This document shows, piece by piece, positions 26,058-39,084 of a DNA stretch of 64,000 nt. The stretch's first letter is position 1, and each line of letters begins with the position of its first letter. The notes beneath the pieces were generated by a model. That model had not been told where the DNA came from and did no database searches. It saw only the letters and a program-made list of their open reading frames with translations. Made by a program: the position numbers and the translations under genes. Origin of the DNA: Rhynchobatus australiae (lineage: Eukaryota); NCBI GenBank assembly GCA_034780895.1, contig JAUZTB010000117.1:7480770-7544769 (forward strand). Direction: 5' to 3'.

Positions 26058-26790
26058 ACACAGAACATTACAGCACAGAAACAGGCCCTTTGTCCCACAA
26101 TGTCTGTGCCAACCATGATGCCAACAGAAACTGCACAGCTGCCTGCACATGGTCTATATTCCTCCATTCCTGCCTGTTCAGATGCCCATCTAAATGCCTC
26201 TCGAGCAATGCTGTTGTATCTGCTTCCACCATCTCCCCCAGCAGTGCAATCCAGACAACTGCCACTCTGTGTATAAAAACTAGCCTCATAAATCTCCTTT
26301 AAACTTTTTCCCTCTCACATTAAAGCTAGGCCCTCGAGTATTTGACATTTTCAACCAAGGGGAAAAAAGACTGACCATGTACCCTATTTACGGCTCTTAT
26401 AATTTTATATACTTCTATCGGGTCACCTCTCAGCCTCCGCCACTCCAGAGACAACAATCCACGTTNNNNNNNNNNNNNNNNNNNNNNNNNNNNNNNNNNN
26501 NNNNNNNNNNNNNNNNNNNNNNNNNNNNNNNNNNNNNNNNNNNNNNNNNNNNNNNNNNNNNNNNNCACCTCTCAGCCTCCGCCACTCCAGAGAAAACAAT
26601 CCACGTTTGTCCAAATTCTCCTTTTAGCTAATACTCTCCAATCCAGGCAACATCCTCCTCTGCACCCTCTCCAAAGCCTCCACATGCTTCCTTTATGTGG
26701 AGACCAAAACTAATACACAATACTCCAAGTGTGGCCTAACCAGAGTTTTATACAGTTGCAAAATGATTTCCTGACTTTTATACTCAAAAT
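26058..26790 (-). mobile_element. CR1 LINE 3' fragment
   Basis: Minus ORF GLFSLEWRRLRGDPIEVYKII; tail reverse complement 'cagcacagaaacaggccct'. Confidence 0.9.
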
Positions 26791-27092
26791 GAGAAAGATT
26801 CCAAGCAGAACCAACATGCAAAAGTGAAATATCCAACCAGCAAGTAAAAATTTATACCATGCATTGAACACTGATCAGGTTTTACTGGAGAATTGAGACT
26901 TGGTTTGGGTTTAGTAGAAGGTCCTGAGCCTAAAAGATTCACTGCCACAGGTCAGAGCCATTCATCATCCTCTAGATATGTGCTTCTTTAAATTTCCATT
27001 GTCGTTACCCACCATGCCCCAAGTTGTCATTTTCTTCGGCCCAATTATTTGCCAAATTCCTAACTTGCTGACTTGTAATCGCCACACTTTTA

Positions 27093-27625
27093 AAGTCAAA
27101 GTCAAGTTCATTGTCATATGCACAAGTATACATGCACAGGTGCAATGAAAAACTTACTTGCAGCAGCATCACAGGCACATAGCATCAGATAAGCAGCATT
27201 CACATGGAAAACAAAATTGTACACAATTTTTACAAAGAAATTACACAATTAGAACAAAAAAAAGTCAATTTTAGTGCGAAATTATCTAAGTAGTCATAGT
27301 GTTGGTAAGCTGTAGTGATTAGGGTTATGCCAGTTGGTTCAAGAACCGAATGGTTGAAGGGAAGTAGCTGTTCTTGAACCTGGTGGTGTGGAACTTCAGG
27401 CTTCTGTACCTCCTGGCTGATGGTAGCTGCGAGAAGATGGCATGGCTCGGATGCTGGGGACTTTTGATGATGGATGTTGCCTTCTTGAGGCAGCGCCTCC
27501 TGTATATACTACAAATGGTGGGGAGGGATGTGCCAATGATGTATTAGGCTGAGTCCACTATTCTCTGCAGTTTCTTATGTCCCTGCACATTCAGATTGTC
27601 ATACCAGACCGTGATGCAACCAATC
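27093..27625 (-). mobile_element. Rex1 LINE 3' fragment (tail type A)
   Basis: Colinear with 8288-8810; 'aagtcaaagtcaagttcattgtcatatgcac' tail. Confidence 0.88.
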
Positions 27626-27934
27626 CTCTTTCTGCACTTGCACCATCTCCCCACTCCTGATTCACTCTCCACTCACCACCCATATTTATACCCAACCCCA
27701 CCATCACTTGCTACAATGCTCTCCAGAACTTACTTGCTCCCTGTTCTCCACTCTGTGCAGTAAAGGGGGCTGCAAAAAAAAAGGCCAATTCCACCACATC
27801 AGTCATCTTGAGGCTCACATGTAAAAGAATACCTAACGTCCCCTTGAGAATAGTTCATAGTCAGCAGGCCAAGTCAAGAGATGCTGTGGGTCAAACATAG
27901 GCCGGGTGTCCTTAGTTTAATCTTAGCTTAGTTT

Positions 27935-28340
27935 CAATAGTGGCAGGACCCTGCTCAGAGTCAGAAGTTCTTGGTTCAAGTCCGACTCAAAATAAATTAG
28001 CATAAAATTCTAAGATGACACTGAAGCGTTCCACTGCACTGATTTCAGTCTCTTTTCAGATGAGATGTTAAACCTAGGTCCTACTGCTCTCTCAGGTGGA
28101 CACAAGACATCCCATGGCACCACATTCAAGGAAACCTTGGCTTGGCCAATACTTATCCCTTACTCAGTATCACTCAGTCAAAATCCCTGATAAAATTGCC
28201 TTCATTTGTGGGAATTTGTTTGTATACAAGTTGGCTGCAGTGCTTCCAACATTTAAAAAAATGTCAGAACTTCAAAAGTAAATGCTTTGAGATAGTTTGA
28301 GGTCATGAAGGGCACACTGTAATGCAAATCTTTTTTTTCA
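27935..28340 (+). mobile_element. Deu-domain SINE (SacSINE1/AmnSINE-like), near full length
   Basis: B box 'ggttcaagtcc'; Deu core 'tttcagatgagatgttaaacctaggtcc...ctctcaggtggac...atcccatggcac'; L2-like tail 'aatgcaaatctttt'. Confidence 0.8.
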
Positions 28341-28409
28341 AATTTCATATAATGTGAACTATGATCCATAGCTTATAGTTCAAGGAAACTGATGCAGCTA
28401 AAAGTTTAC

Positions 28410-28530
28410 CCAGTGGTCGAGCCAATGTTGTGTGCCAGCATAACCACGCTCATACACATTTTGCTGTTCCCTGTCAGTGCAGCACTGTGGGCAGTTACAG
28501 AAAATGTCATCCCCCATTTTGGAACCACTA
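28410..28530 (-). CDS. candidate coding exon of an unidentified host gene (weak)
   Basis: Pyrimidine tract + CAG(TAG) acceptor, Kozak-context AAAATGG, open frame MGDDIFCNCPQCCTDREQQNVYERGYAGTQHWLDHW, donor GG|GTAAAC (weak). Peptide not recognised. Confidence 0.22.
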
Positions 28531-31500
28531 CTGGATAACAAGAAGTGGAGGATGACTGAAAGTGTACTGATTTCTTTTCTTACACAGCAGTACCCCAGTG
28601 AACAAGACATACAAATAAACATGATCATTTATCAAGACAACATGGCATACAAGCAACAATAGAATACAAGACAGTGACACAATAACCAAACACCTCGCAC
28701 TTGTCCATTAGAATTCTGGTCAATAATTGGACAGTTCCTCTATGGCACAATACTGTGTTTATGATCAAAAGAAAATTCAGAATCCAACCTAAATTTTATG
28801 AATACATTACACTTCTTTCACCAAAAACGACAAAAAAAAAATCAGAGCACTGCACTCTCACTATGCTCCTTTATAAATGTTCCCTTGCCAACTGAAACCT
28901 AGAAATAAGGGAGCTCTTATCCTTCAAACCCACATCAAATGCACAGTAAATCAGCAGGTTTTCTGTTGAAGGCTGTGCACAAATTAGTATCAACCAAATG
29001 AGTAATGTGGTCCTTTGCCAGATACAGACCAAGAACTTATTAAAAGCAGTTTGATTCAGCANNNNNNNNNNNNNNNNNNACTTGCATTTCCGTCCGATTA
29101 CTCAATCTTATAAAATCTACCCGACTGAACTGCCGCCAAACTTCTTCCACATTTTATGAATGCCGCACTCAAAATTACCTTGACATTTTAACAACCCTCC
29201 ACCATCCCACCGAGAAAAAAGAAAATGCAAAAAGGGCCAATAAAACCAGCATAAAAATAGAAAACTTGAATAAGACAGCAGAGAAAAAGTTCAGGTGAAA
29301 AAATTTTCATCTCTCCTCTTGAATATTTGCCAGTGATTTTGAAGCCATAACCTTGTGTAGTACAGAGAATATTTTCTACTATCAAACCCTGATCATGAAA
29401 ATCTTCATCAGTTCACTGTAACAGTCTCTTTACCAAAGAGTTTTTGAACTCCTCATAATTCTAATTAACATCATCTTTTACCTTTATCACTACTCAATAA
29501 CCACTGGAGAAGTGCCTGTGTACACAGGCAGAGAGCACTGTTCTATAGCCCCTAATCCCACTGGCAACATTCAAGGTCAAGATTCAAATGTTAACAAGAT
29601 AAACAAACGGGTGGAAGGCCAAAGGACATCTCAATGGTGACACTCAGCCTATTGAACTGGACGGGTGGGGAATGGAAAATGCAATGAGTAAAAAAGGCGG
29701 CAAGAAAATGGAGAAAACAATTCCGTTAAGTAGGCAACATCACAGCGCCTCAATCAATCTCAACTGAAATTGTACTGACAAAGCAAAACAAAGGAAAAAT
29801 TGAAGCCCAATCCCTCCAAAACAAAAATCCATGTCCCTTCAAAAATTCACTGCCAGTTTAAAGAGGTGCAAATAGCAAAAGGAACTTATTATATTGGAGC
29901 TAATTTCCTGGCAGTGAACAATTTAAATCCTTGCAATTTCCACATTCAATCCTTGAAAATGGACATGACTTGGTTTCTCTTTTAAATCCTATTAAAATGT
30001 GCACCATCCCCTTTTATAAAGCAACGTTTCCAACCCAGCTTAATTTACTGTCTCCCAATCATGAGGATGTTAAATTTGCAACTGCAGTTTTGGTGATCTT
30101 TTGCGGGAAAAAAAAATCTATATCCTTGGATCTTAAATCTCATTCAACAATGCCACCGTGACTAAAATCCTCATCTAATGGTTTTAAGCATGAGGGCACA
30201 CGCTTTTCATGTGCTCTTGAAATTGAGTGAGATTCTACCTGAAGGTGATGACTAACATCAAAATTACAGACACTCGTGTGATGACTGAGGATCATTTTGA
30301 CAAAAGCCATTCTAAATCTTTTTTTGCCTCCTTTTGCAATTTCATCCCCAGCCTTGCAGAGGCAGGCTCTGTCTAATAAGATTGGAGCTGTCCTCCTCCA
30401 TTTTCACCCACGTGTTGTTTTATCACATTTCGAAAACCAAATGAAGACACATCCCAACACAATCAAAGGCAGCAACAAAACTACAAAGGCCAAGGAAGAT
30501 TAAATAAATACATATGATAGTTATCAAAAAAGTAAAGCAAATCAAAATTCTTAAGGATGACTTGAGATGCTTTTGGAATCTCCAAACAAAAAAATTGACA
30601 TGCACCCAATTTCTTACAGGTGCATGTTAAGCAGATAAGTGGGGAAAAGGAGGAAGAAAATGACAGCAACAGGAAATTTCCTTTTCCTCTGTCTCAAATA
30701 AAAAGAGATCAATTTCAAAGTCAGGATAAGGCTAACAGGATGTCATTTTTCTACAGTTACTCATGAGTAAAGCTTTTGCTTCACCTTACAGAATAAACAA
30801 CACCTTAAGACAAGCTTGCTTACGTGAATCAAGCTTCTATCAGGCAGTTGACAAAGTTGAGGGTGGGGGGGAAAGAGGGTAACAAAATTATCACTGCAAA
30901 GGAGATCATGCAGAAGACACATGATAAAATCAGGACAGCTCCAAGGATAGATGCTCTATAAAGAAAGCGAAGTTCAAAGTGAAGAGCAGAGGAGAATACA
31001 CTGGCCTACTTTAAGCAATTAGTATTGGCTTTTCTACAACACTGCTTGTGGGGAAAATGTCAGAAAAATTATAGTCTCTGTGATAAATGAGTGTTCCAAG
31101 AACCACTTCCCTTCGGATCATTTTTTGCTTTAGTTGCTGCTTTTATTTTGACCCATTAAGGTTTTATTTTGATGATTACCATATGTATGTATTTCATTGT
31201 TGGTGCTGCCATTGATTTTATTGGGATGCATATCTTTATATCAGCAAGAAATGCAATAAATTAGTACGTAGGCGAAAGACAAGAGGTTAACTCCAATCTC
31301 AATACATAGAGCCTGCCTCTGAAAGGCTGGGGGAATTGCAAAGTGTGCCAAAGCTAGCAGAGTGGCTTTTGTCAAAATAATCCTCAGTCATCACAGAGGA
31401 AAAACCTGTGGCACCACTGCCTAGTTTGTTCAGAGCTTAAATTTGCAGGGTTAGCTTGACTTAGCGGCCAACTGAGAAGGTTATAGTTCAAGTCCAACTG

Positions 31501-31534
31501 CAGAGGCTTCAACATTACATCCACAATTGTGGGT

Positions 31535-31873
31535 GTGGTATTGGTTTATTATTGTCACTTGTACCGAGGTACAGTGAAAAACTTGTCTTGCATACCGAAC
31601 GTACAGATCAGTTCATTACACAGTGCGCTGAGGTGGTACAGGGCAAAAACAACAACAGAATACAGAATAAAGTGTCACAGCTACAGAGGAAGTGTAGTGC
31701 AGCTAGACAATAAGGTTCAAGGTCATAATAAGGTAGATTGTGAGGTCAAGAGTTCATCTTATCATATAAGGGAACCTTTGAATAGTCTCATCACATTGGG
31801 ATAGAAGCTGTCCTTGAGCCTGGTGGTATGTGCCCTCAGGCTCCTGTATCTTCTGCCTGATGGGAGAGGGGAG
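31535..31873 (-). mobile_element. Rex1 LINE 3' end (tail type C) running into an 816-N gap
   Basis: 'ggtattggtttattattgtcacttgtaccgaggtacagtgaaaaac'; colinear with 47183-47520. Confidence 0.88.
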
Positions 31874-32689
31874 NNNNNNNNNNNNNNNNNNNNNNNNNNN
31901 NNNNNNNNNNNNNNNNNNNNNNNNNNNNNNNNNNNNNNNNNNNNNNNNNNNNNNNNNNNNNNNNNNNNNNNNNNNNNNNNNNNNNNNNNNNNNNNNNNNN
32001 NNNNNNNNNNNNNNNNNNNNNNNNNNNNNNNNNNNNNNNNNNNNNNNNNNNNNNNNNNNNNNNNNNNNNNNNNNNNNNNNNNNNNNNNNNNNNNNNNNNN
32101 NNNNNNNNNNNNNNNNNNNNNNNNNNNNNNNNNNNNNNNNNNNNNNNNNNNNNNNNNNNNNNNNNNNNNNNNNNNNNNNNNNNNNNNNNNNNNNNNNNNN
32201 NNNNNNNNNNNNNNNNNNNNNNNNNNNNNNNNNNNNNNNNNNNNNNNNNNNNNNNNNNNNNNNNNNNNNNNNNNNNNNNNNNNNNNNNNNNNNNNNNNNN
32301 NNNNNNNNNNNNNNNNNNNNNNNNNNNNNNNNNNNNNNNNNNNNNNNNNNNNNNNNNNNNNNNNNNNNNNNNNNNNNNNNNNNNNNNNNNNNNNNNNNNN
32401 NNNNNNNNNNNNNNNNNNNNNNNNNNNNNNNNNNNNNNNNNNNNNNNNNNNNNNNNNNNNNNNNNNNNNNNNNNNNNNNNNNNNNNNNNNNNNNNNNNNN
32501 NNNNNNNNNNNNNNNNNNNNNNNNNNNNNNNNNNNNNNNNNNNNNNNNNNNNNNNNNNNNNNNNNNNNNNNNNNNNNNNNNNNNNNNNNNNNNNNNNNNN
32601 NNNNNNNNNNNNNNNNNNNNNNNNNNNNNNNNNNNNNNNNNNNNNNNNNNNNNNNNNNNNNNNNNNNNNNNNNNNNNNNNNNNNNNNNN

Positions 32690-32895
32690 GGAACTCAGCA
32701 GGTCAAGCAGTATCTGGGGATGAAAGGAAATGTCGACGTTTCAGTTCAAAGAACTGCATTAGGACTTGGCACAAGGTTTCAGCCCAGAACCTCAACAACT
32801 CACCTCCCTCCCACAGATGCTACTCAACCTCCGGAGTTCCTCCAGCAGATTGTTTGTTGCTCCAGATTTCAGCATCTGCAGTCTCTTGTGTCTCT
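32690..32895. mobile_element. Penelope-like fold-back element with two hammerhead relics
   Basis: Inverted arms meet at about 32765; the minus-strand relic is at 32732-32766. Confidence 0.8.
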
Positions 32896-32959
32896 GCTAA
32901 ACTCTCATTGCCTGATTGACAGGTCTCTGCATAGGAGTTCAGTAACGTACCTGCACCTC

Positions 32960-33295
32960 ATCTTCTCCATCAGGTGTTATGTAGAATTCTTTTTTCACTT
33001 CCACTAAGAACAGAGAAGTTCTCCCACATGCTTTGGCTGACATTTATCACTTGGATTAATAAATGAAGATTACCCAGCCATTATCACATTGCTATTTGTG
33101 AGTTTGCCTTGCTGACCACAGAATGACAGATCCTTTCTTGCTTCTCGTCAGGTCCTTGGACTCTTATGTGCAACGAAATGGCCATAAAATTCCTCCATTA
33201 CAACAGCAACAACACTCCCTCAGAATATAATAGGGTGTGACACCAAAGACATTGTAACGACATGAAAGGCACAAAATATTGCAAGACATTTAAAT
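32960..33295 (+). mobile_element. decayed Deu-domain SINE
   Basis: 'aagaacagagaagttctccc...ggctgacatttatc...cattatcacattgctatttgtg...catgaaaggcac'. Confidence 0.55.
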
Positions 33296-34269
33296 TAGGA
33301 AGAAGGGGCTTACTAGAACAACTTCAGCTTGTGAAGTAAAGCAGACGCTATACGTAAGGACACTTAAAGAAAAGCTGGCCCTGCATGACAGGGGTGAAAT
33401 TAGTGTTGCTAAACTACTGGGATTTTCCATGGGCCTTTGGAATCCAATGTTCTTCTCCCAGATTTGCCCACACAGATGCTAGACTTGCACACTGACAGAA
33501 AAATTCAGTCAATAAGTGGAGCAAAGGAAGGCAGGCTCATAGAAATTTACAGCACACTTGATGGCCATTCAGCCCATCTTGTCCATGCATGCCAAAACTA
33601 GCCAACATTGGCTAAATCCTGCAATGAACAATCCAGGAAACATGGGGGGTGGGGAGGAGGGAGAAATGTATCTAAAGGAAAGAAAATAAGCCATTCAAGA
33701 AAAAACAGAGAATGTGGTTGAAGTCATTTTGAGCAGTGGAAGGTGTAATATTCACAAAGAAAATAATTCAGCAGCAACATGATACCATCTTTTGTTTATA
33801 AATCACAGTGCAATTCATCTCACTAACACAAATGTTTCACTGCTCCATTGTGATAAATGACACAATCAACCGAAGTAAACACAATAGCATTGTACAAGCA
33901 TGGGGCAAATGTCAAGGGGTCAGATGTGAGCAAATATCACATGATCAACCTTGCAGAAAACCAGCCCAAATTGATAACCCTGTGTCAAGCAACTGTGCCC
34001 AGTAATTTAAGAGATGGAGTGAAGTTGTCATGTCAACTCAAAAGCTGATACTTTGAATATTTTGACTGTTTGCTTTTTGTTTTGCTAAGAACGTAGGAAA
34101 GATATTGCTTTTCTTGAGCTGATTTTCCAAATAGCTCAAAATTTGCATTCATGTGCACATGAAATTCAATGGAAGTTTCAACTTGAACAGACAAAAGAAT
34201 CTAATTCTACAGAGTAGACCTTTACCCCATTACAGATTTGGCAGAAGTTGCTCCAATTCCAGCCACACC

Positions 34270-35020
34270 TCAGTAAATGAAATAATCTAAGCCTTCATGC
34301 AACAAAACCGAGCAACAGTTCAGATATGGGTCACTGTATTCAAGCCACAGAAGTGTTGGGCAATGTCTATACAATTAGGAGACCATCTAAGAATCTACAT
34401 TCAACAGCGTTAGCAGTGCAGTCCCCCCCAACAACAACATCTAGGTGGACACCATTGATCAGGAACGAGCCACAAAATCAGAGAAGAGGCTGCGAATCCT
34501 ACAGAGAGTTCCTTATCTCCTGACATTCCCGGGCCTCTCCAACATCTACAAGGCCAAAGTCAGATGTGTGATGGAATACCCTCTACTTGCCAAGATAGCT
34601 GCAGCTCCCAAACTCTCAAAAAGCTCAACACTGCCCAGGATGAAGTGACTTGCTTGAGTGTCATCCCATCTACCCCTGTAAACATTCACTCCCTCTAACA
34701 TCAGTGCACCATGCTGGCTCCAGTTTGTACCATCAACAAAATGCACTACGGTTATTCAGATGGGTTACTCTTACATCACATGCAAAACCTGAAATCTCTA
34801 CCAAGGACAAGGTCAGCAGGTGCACAGGAACATCCCGAGTGCAGGTTCACCTCCAAGTCACACACCATCCTGAATTGGAAATATATTGCCTTTCTTTCAT
34901 CAGTGGGTCTAAATCCTGGATACCTTCACAAGAATTGCAATGGTTCAAGGTGGCAGCTCACCACCACCTGCAACAAACAATGGACTCGTCAGTGACACAC
35001 ACCCACACATATCCCTAAAA
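34270..35020 (+). mobile_element. CR1/L2-group LINE 3' fragment ('IYKA.VR.VMEY' family)
   Basis: ORF reads KRLRILQRVPYLLTFPGLSNIYKAKVRCVMEYPLLA; 3' part 'gcaatggttcaaggtggcagctcaccaccac'. Confidence 0.75.
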
Positions 35021-36149
35021 ACAGATAGTTTCCTTAGTTCAATCTTCTGGTGAAACTCAACTTTGTTTTAACTGGGCATCTTGCAATCAGACAATTTCTA
35101 TTGGCTCCTGATCCTCAATAATACCTCTACACATGTAATTAAAGGGCAATAGCTTATGGAATTGGTCTCAAGACTTATTTATCTACTGCTTTTCCAATGG
35201 TCCATGCAGCATCTTAATAACGCCCTTCAGCAAATCAGTGCGCAGGCAGATACAAAGAATTCTATACAATTACACAAGCAACTTAATCAGGATGGCTTAC
35301 ATGTGTTAATCAAAACAGATGCTCAATTAAATCTCTTGAGCTATACCGATTAAATTTAAGATCAACTAATTTGGCTTGAGATATTTCTAATTATTTCAAA
35401 TGCCACTTTTGAAACTTTTTTTTTGTTTTAAATAATATTTAGCAATAATTACATTCTTTTGGCATCATCCACTTTCTCCACAACATCTGGGTGTTTCAAA
35501 GACTCTGAAATGAATCACTATTCTACCACCCAACTCCCGCCAACAAAAAAAACTTTGGTTCTGGTGTTCTGCTTGTAAAGCAAGGTAACAGTTTGCTGCT
35601 GGGTTCAGGCAATGCGCCTGCAGTCCTCCTATATATGCTGCTATTTTACAGAATTTACTTAATTATCAAATTTTATTCCACCCAACAGGTGGATGTTAAC
35701 ACAACTAAAAAGTACACTTTTTAAACATTTTATTTGGCTCCTGTTTACACATGCATTGCATTAGCTATGGCTAAGATGGTAGCACTCTTGCTACATATTC
35801 AAATGGTCATCTCAACTCAGAGGCTCAACAGTATAATCTGGGCTACAGCTACCCGAACTTTTTTTGTTACAGCCCATTAAGAAGAGAATTTTATTCTGTC
35901 TGCCCCACAGCCCTCCTGCATTCTCCACTCTTAACTATAAAGCAATGAATGACAGCTTATCATTGCACAAACATTCAGAGTTTACAACACCCAAGGGGAG
36001 CCCATCCATCAACATTTTAAAAACCTAGGTGGACATTTCCACTGCAGTGCTTTGGGAGTGTACCACTAGCAGTAGCACTGCCTTTCTGACATGGCGAATC
36101 AAGGATCAGTCTGCTTTCACACAGATTCCACAGCCCTATTTTATGAACA

Positions 36150-36485
36150 CAAACGTAGAAAATAGGAATAGGAGAAGGCAATTGAGCCACTAGAGCCTGC
36201 TCCGTCATTCAATGCAATTAGGGCCATTTCCCAGTATCAATACCATATTCATGCTTTTTTCCACAACCCTTTGAAGCATTTTGTGTCAGTAAACCTGTCT
36301 AGCTCCTCCTTAAATGTTCAGCAATTTGCCCTCCTCCACCTTTTCTGGAATGGAATTTCACAGGTTTACACTTGTTAAGGGAAGATACTTCTCAACTAGA
36401 TCCTCAGTGTTCTTACCTTCTAGAATGTGACCCCTATTCTGGATAGCCCTTTGCATCCCAAGCCAGGAGAAACATTCTCACTGCA
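36150..36485 (-). mobile_element. CR1-type LINE 3' remnant
   Basis: 'gtagaaataggaataggagaaggcaattgagccactagagcctgctccgtcattcaat'. Confidence 0.7.
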
Positions 36486-36969
36486 AAAAAGCTGCCTAGC
36501 CATGATTGAAATGGTCATCCTTGGTATCCTGACCAATATTTTAGCTTTACCCAAAACTGTATAACACAGCATCTGGTCATTATTATTGGCCAAGTGCTGA
36601 AAAATTGGCATTTGTGTTACAATGATAACACCATCATGGTAAAGAGCTGAGACACTGTGAGATCATAAAATCTAGTTACTAGAATAAAACATTGAAAAAG
36701 TTTTCAGCCAATTATATCAAAACTTTAAAAAGGGACTCTTCTTCATAGCTCATGAATTAATTTTCCTCAACCAAAGGAGCTGGATACCCAATTTTTTTTT
36801 TGGAATTGAGCAACCTTAGATGTAATATCAATTCCAGTCCATGAGAACCGCAAGAGAATAATGACAGACAATTGTCTCTGTTGTTTCTGCATTCAGACTT
36901 GCTCTTAGTCTGAATGCAGAGCACATGAGAACAGATCGGTTGATCTTTTGATTTACGGTTAAAGGAAAA

Positions 36970-38080
36970 CCTTCATCTTCTTATGCAGTCTGTCAGGATT
37001 GAGGATGACATGCTTCCACCTCAGTTTTATGGCTTCTGAGCTGACTTTTGAGAACATTGTGGGAACTGCTACTTCTCTACAGATGTGGCAGGAGGCACCT
37101 AATCGGCAGGCAGATAGATAGATTGCAAGATGAAATGCTCCGTCCAAGCACTCTTGCAGAGCTTGTGTGCACTCCTGATGCATGGACTCAAGGTTCTCAA
37201 CACCATTTCAAATTTTCCTTCTTCATCTTGTGTGTTATGGCCCAGACATTTGCAGTAATCAGTGGAAATATTGCATTTTCACCAAGAACGTTTTTAAACA
37301 AATTCTTCAGTCTTTCCTGCTGCCCATGCAATAATCTTTTCCAATGACAGAGCTTGAAAAAGTTTGTCTGGCCTGGGCCGAAGAGAGAGGCCTGCCCAGT
37401 AGAGCTGGGACTCAATGATGAGAATTTTGAACTAGAATAGGACACGAGGGCAGGAATCACTGCTGCCTGATAGACCATTGGTTTTCTGCCAGGATCCGCA
37501 AGTACTCTTTCCTTCAATCAACCAAAGACTTTTCTGGCTCATTCAAAATAATGATGAATTTCAGCATTAACATCTACCTTCACTGAGAGGTAGATGTGAG
37601 AAGTAGTGCACATTTTCCAAAATCTCGCTGTGAACCTTTGGTGGAGGGCAGTCTCTGACAACATTTATCTTGCAGATGTTGAATGCAAGGTTCATCCTCT
37701 CATATGTTTCAGTAAGCAAATCAACGATGGCTTGTAGCTCANNNNNNNNNNNNNNNNNNNNNNNNNNNNNNNNNNNNNNNNNNNNNNNNNNNNNNNNNNN
37801 NNNNNNNNNNNNNCATTATAGGTTCTCCGGTGCCCAGTTTGTTCTGAAGACTAGCTGTACTCCTGCAGGAAGATCAGAAACTTTGACAGAAGCGTGAGGT
37901 CAATAACGCAGCCCTGATTAACACCAGTCTTCATTGAGAAAGGTTCTGTTGTATACCCATTGGTCCGTACCATCTTGAAACAAGTATAAGATGGAGAAAG
38001 ATTTCTGTCAGCATCTGTATTTAAGTGTTCCACAGTTCCTCCTGGTTAATGAAGTCAAAAGGCATTAGCAAGGTTGGAAT
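36970..38080 (-). mobile_element. RTE-BovB-like LINE relic with deletions and a gap
   Basis: Minus-strand motifs TTEPFSMKTGVNQGCVI, KPMVYQAAVIPAL and KRL.HGQQERLK match RTE-clade ORF segments. Confidence 0.75.
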
Positions 38081-38089
38081 GGTCCTGTC

Positions 38090-38345
38090 ATAGATCACAG
38101 AAACAGGTCCTTTGGATCACCTGAACCACACTTTTCCAGCACTCAGAGCATTCCCATCAGCCCCATTCCCCCACTTATTTAGGGAACTCATCCCAGGTCT
38201 TCCACCTTTCACCCAAACTAGCAGCAACTTACCAACCCATGTCTCTGGAATGTGGAATGAAAGCAGAATACCCTGGGGAAATCCACACGGTTATAGGAAG
38301 AACGTGCAAACTCCACACAGGCAGCACCAGAGACCAGGTTCTGAA
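38090..38345 (-). mobile_element. decayed V-SINE with CR1-type tail
   Basis: 'cacagaaacaggtcc...gtctctggaatgtgg...ggggaaatccacacgg...aacgtgcaaactccacacag'. Confidence 0.7.
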
Positions 38346-39084
38346 GTATTCAGAAATTCATTGACATCCACAACAGGTTTCTTCAGTGCCATTACAGCCA
38401 TCTATGACCCCAGCACCCCTGGACCTACCCAACTGAGCACCAAGAATAAAGGGCAGAGAGGCAGTCAATGACCACTGGAAAGAAATGTAAAGAAAATAAT
38501 ACTTGCTGACTAGCTCAAGAACCAAGTTTTCAAAGCCTGAGCAGCATTTTCACTATCTTCGCAGTGTTGGTGCAAATCCTCATTCAAGGCAGAGCAGACC
38601 TTCCACCCCACCCCCGGCTTACATAACCACTAAAACCTCATTGTGTAGAGAAATCACACTGTGTGGGCACTGCGGTTGTTATGCAAGCACGGCACAAGAT
38701 AAACACTTAGCTCATTTGTTGAAATGCAGTGGAAGTAGAAAGCCTGCAAAAATCACAGCAAGTCAGTGAAAGTGTGGGCATGCTACGCTGATTAGGGGCA
38801 GCAATAGACCACAAATTCACTGCTTACTGGAACTGTGTATAGAGCAATCAAACGGAGTTACAAGTTGGTGTGAAAAATCACAGCAGAGTGATGGCAGAAA
38901 CTGGGACACTTAAACTCTCACAGTTTGCTAATAACAATTTCAACTTTATATTCATAAACTTCTGAAGGTCCTTTCTAACTTCCTTAATTATAATATGGGT
39001 TACAGTCAACACACACTTACAGTATGGGCACCTGTTCTTAACACCTCACCTTGAGAGATGCAAAAGTAGAAAACCAAAAAGAAA

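Noticed and set aside
30245-30288. GTGATGA...CTGA resembling C/D snoRNA boxes
   Set aside because: Only about 44 nt long, no convincing terminal stem, and no recognisable rRNA guide.
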